Both the position numbers and the translations under genes were made by a program. A stretch of DNA of 63,219 nucleotides, the filler included, from Octopus bimaculoides (lineage: Eukaryota): NCBI RefSeq assembly GCF_001194135.2. It is 4 parts of 4 records of this genome, joined end to end, with 100 filler letters (N's around TTAATTAATTAA, not from the genome) between each part and the next. Parts side by side here need not be neighbours in the genome. Positions count along the whole stretch, not along the records: positions 37,917 to 61,929 come from NC_068983.1; positions 62,030 to 63,219 come from NC_068982.1; 2 more parts are not named here. One strand, written 5' to 3'. The notes beneath the pieces are model-generated. The model was not told the DNA's origin, searched no databases, and saw nothing but the letters and a program-made list of their open reading frames with translations. Below are positions 59,590 through 63,219 of the stretch, piece by piece (within the stretch, counting starts at the first letter, position 1; the number at the start of each line of letters is the position of its first letter).

Positions 59590-60185
59590 AGGCCTTATGG
59601 CTTAGTGGTTAGGGTGTTGCACTCACGATCTCGCTATCGTGATTTCAATTCCTAGACCGGGTGGTGCGTTGTGTTCTTGAGCAAACCACATCATCGCACG
59701 TTGCATTGCGATCACTTCGATACTTAACGTGCAGTACACCGTGGACCCGTTCCAAGAACATCGATTTGATGGAGAGAGAGTGAGCTAATGTGCGTCGCGA
59801 ACGTTTGATCACTATAAACCAGTGGTTCTCAAAGTGGGCGGTATTGCCCCCCTGGGGGCAGTAGAAAGTTCCAAGGGGGTGTTGAAGAAAAATGGGGTGA
59901 TAATGGGGTAGCGGTTCATGTAAACAAAAGTGGAGCGATAAAAAGTAGACAAAATAATGGATTCATTAGGTTAAGTATTATTTGTGAAATACAATTGCTT
60001 TGAATTTGCTTCAGAAAGAGGTCTATGTTTGTGATGGTTAATTAGGGTGGGGCACTAGGGATGTGGTCTAAGCGTCAAGGGGACAGAAGCCCGAAAAAGT
60101 TTGGGAACCACCGCTATAAACTAAACATTTGTGCAGGCCGTTCGGCAAAGCTGAACGCTTACACGTCGTTTTCGACGGGAGGGTC
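59590..60185 (+). mobile_element. SINE family C interrupted by a hAT MITE
   Basis: Homologous to 17860-18145 on both sides of 59820-60113. Confidence 0.8.
59820..60113. mobile_element. hAT (Charlie/Buster-type) MITE, 294 bp
   Basis: TIRs CAGTGGTTCTCAAA / TTTGGGAACCACCG; 8-bp TSD CTATAAAC at 59812-59819 and 60114-60121 (NNNTANNN). Confidence 0.9.
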
Positions 60186-60199
60186 CATTATATATATAA

Positions 60200-60410
60200 C
60201 ACATATAATTTTGGCACAAGTCCAGTAATTTTTGAGGGAAGAGAGTAAGTCGATTACACCCACCTCAGTACTTTACTGGTACTTATTTCATCGACCACAA
60301 AAGGATGAAAGGTTAAAGTCTCTCTTGGTGGAATTTGATCTCAGAACATGGAGAACCGAAAGAAATGCCACTGAGCGTTTTGTCCGACGCGCTAACGATT
60401 CTGCCAACAC
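60200..60410 (-). mobile_element. SINE family B
   Basis: TTTTGGCACAAG...CATCGACCACAAAAGGATGAAAGG...CTAACGATTCTGCCA. Confidence 0.75.
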
Positions 60411-61029
60411 TACACGCATAGGTGCATGTGTGGGTGCGTGCGTACAGGCTTGGCGATTTTACACACCAGAAATTATAGTAGCGTTATAAGAAAAGGAGAG
60501 AAATGAAATAAAAGAAACGCATACCACAATAGGTTTGATGGAATTATAAATTTACCATTTTCTGTGATGTGTCATCATTTTACCGACGGGGAGGTTGAGC
60601 CAAATTATCCATACTTCTGTGCAAAGAAACTTACTGTCTTCTCGTTGATATAATCTTTCCAACGGACGAAAATATATCTTTTAAACAATCAAAACTATCC
60701 GAATATGAGATCTCGAGATAGAGATAACCAGAAAGCGGGGATTGAAAACAAGAACAACCTTCATAATAACAGACGATAAATATATAACAAAACCTTTAGG
60801 TCTTATAGAGAGATGCAACATAAACTGGTACTTCTGAGCTCTGAACATCTTATGGGATTTCAATACGATATAAAACAAAACACGTGACTTAGTCTACACA
60901 CGGAGCTACGTTCGAAATAAACAGTAAACATAAAATTACTGAAACTATGCTGATGACGTTGGTAATAATGATGAACCATTTTCATGAGACACAACAGGAT
61001 GATAGATAGATAGATAGATAGATAGATAG

Positions 61030-61525
61030 AAAAATGGCGCCTTGTCGGCTACGACGACGAGGATTCCAGTTTATTCGGTCGGTGACCGGTAATAAAGTCA
61101 CAGTAATAAAATCACAATTTTTGCTAGGAAAAAAGTCACAGAAATAAAAAAAGTTACAATTAATCATGGGATCCGGACAAAACCCCTGTAACTTTTTTTT
61201 TTTATGGGGTCAAGGGCAAAACCGCATCGGACAAAACCCCTGTGATTTTTTACCAGTGACTATTTTTACCTAGATTCGATCCGATCATCGGAACTGCCTT
61301 CTCGTGAAATTAACGTGTAAATGGCTGAGTGCTCTACAGAGACGTGTAGCCTTAACGTAGGTCTCAAGGAGATTCAATATGACGTAGAATGTGACAATGC
61401 TGTCCCTTTGAAGTACAGATACAAATCCTTTTTGCCAAGTTAGTGGACACAACGCGCTACCAGGTATCGAACTCACGCTCTTTCGACCGTGAGTCGAATA
61501 ACCCAACAACTAAACCACGCACCTT
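61030..61525 (-). mobile_element. SINE family C-related, interrupted by a small foldback element (~61071-61278)
   Basis: CTCGTGAAATTAACGTG block. Insert has inverted GGTAATAAAGTCAC...GTGACTATTTTTACC and internal CGGACAAAACCCCTGT repeats. Confidence 0.65.
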
Positions 61526-61599
61526 TGCTTAAATAAGCAGATAGACGAGCATTAATAGTAAAAGAAATTTAAACAATCAGATAAACAGACAAAGATAGA

Positions 61600-61900
61600 C
61601 GAACATAGAGAGACTCAGTTATTTAGACAACCTGAGAGACGAACATAGACACAGATATTTAGACAACCGGATAGATAGACAGATAGATAGATAGATAGAC
61701 AGACACAGAGAGCGATAGATAGATAGATAGACAGAGAGAGCGATAGATAGAGATAGACAGAGAGAGCGATAGATAGAGATAGACAGAGAGAGCGATAGAA
61801 CATAGATAGATGCATAGATACATTTCTTTTATTAGCCACACAGGGCTCAACGAAGATGGGACAAATACAATGTAGAGCTTTTCTTTTTGGGAGGGGGAAG
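61600..61900 (-). repeat. Repeat 3' end (AATAAAG.AATG) with a (TCTA)n-type tail; second copy at 62857-63050
   Basis: CATTTCTTTTATTAGCCACACAGGG..CAAC...GGGACAAA.TACAAT shared by both copies, each preceded on + by (GATA)n. Confidence 0.7.
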
Positions 61901-61929
61901 GAAGGAAAAAAAAAAAAAATTGGTGGTGT

Positions 61930-62029
61930 NNNNNNNNNNNNNNNNNNNNNNNNNNNNNNNNNNNNNNNNNNNNTTAATTAATTAANNNNNNNNNNNNNNN
62001 NNNNNNNNNNNNNNNNNNNNNNNNNNNNN
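61930..62029. other. Artificial 100-bp scaffolding spacer
   Basis: 44N + TTAATTAATTAA (61974-61985) + 44N. Confidence 0.9.
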
Positions 62030-62138
62030 ATTAGATAGCTGAAAAGAACGAAAAGTATGGTACCGTAGGCTGCAGGTAGCAATCCCGCTACTCATACAAG
62101 ACTCCAGGAGCTCCAACAAAACCTTTCATAAAAAGAAC

Positions 62139-62196
<58 letters not shown>

Positions 62197-62204
62197 TTCT
62201 TACA

Positions 62205-62400
62205 AAAGAAGAAAGCCAGAAATTTTATTGGGGCAGAGAAAAATCGATGTATTGATCCAGTATTTGACTGATACTTTAGTTTACCGGAAGGATGAAAGGC
62301 ATAGTTAACGTCGGTTTGATTTGAAATCGGAATATAAAGAACTGAAACAAATATTGCGATACATTTTTTTCTAACGCAGTAACTTTTTCTCAATCCGCCA
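62205..62400 (-). mobile_element. SINE family B, decayed
   Basis: AATCGATGTATTGATCCAGTA...GGATGAAAGGC...TCAATCCGCC. Confidence 0.55.
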
Positions 62401-62854
62401 CCCAATTAATAATAGCTACTATTCCAAATTTAGGCAGAAGCCCAGCAGTTTCTGACTCTTTAGGCTTTGTCAGTAGCATGTGTTCTCCGGCAATTGCATG
62501 CTAAGACTAAACTCATCAATATAGGCAACCAGTGACTGGAAAATTTCTGATGTTGCAATTAGCAGGCCGGCCGAATAAAAATCCGTTATCTGCAGCAGAG
62601 GCAATATTAGGTTATAATAGCCATCCATGTATCTAAAATGTAAATACATTACGGAAAGCAAAATTATTTCAGCATTTTCAGGAGATGACGTCTCTAATGG
62701 ACATACGGTGTTTATTAGCACAAATATATCAGTAGCAGACGAAAATAGTTCAGCTGTGGCCTTCGGACAAATTCACTTTGCTTTTCGTGATGTTTGAATT
62801 AAGTACGATACACGGATAGTTTACTTTAATCTAATACAGCTTCTGTCGCATATG

Positions 62855-62983
<129 letters not shown>

Positions 62984-63219
62984 CATTTCTTTTATTAGCC
63001 ACACAGGGTTCAACATAGAGGGGACAAAATACAATTGTAGAGTTTTTCTTTTCGATGGGGACGAAAATAAAGTAAAAAATTAAAATGGGGATAACGATGA
63101 AAAGGCATCGAGAAAACGTTTGGGGTATGTACAAAAAAAATGAAAATATTACAAAAATTTCCCAATAAATGTGGAGGTTATCCGTGGAAAGAAAAACCTA
63201 CGGAAAAGACCACGGTAAC

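Overview
Repeat-dominated, gapped animal genomic DNA. It is most likely an octopod cephalopod scaffold, inferred from the SINE/RTE repertoire and microsatellite load rather than proven. It contains many N gaps and three artificial 100-bp spacers (44N-TTAATTAATTAA-44N). One host gene is supported: a minus-strand SLC16/monocarboxylate-transporter-like MFS gene. A TM1-TM2 exon (2335-2100) joins in phase to a candidate first coding exon (38382-38345) across a ~36-kb intron, with a candidate ETS/CCAAT promoter at ~39.1-39.4 kb. CpG looks depleted left of ~37 kb and retained to the right, matching this model. The rest is transposon debris: three tRNA-derived SINE families, R4/Dong-type RLE LINEs, RTE and CR1-type LINEs, mariner, Tc1, maT, Chapaev3-like and hAT elements, a Helentron-like element and foldback elements. 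The most unusual signal is a set of small elements in the intron carrying type I minimal hammerhead-ribozyme folds: a near-canonical one in an inverted repeat (2990-3041), a decayed one in a 357-bp tandem unit (31714-31759) and a variant-core one (30917-30952). All calls were made by eye, with no database searches.
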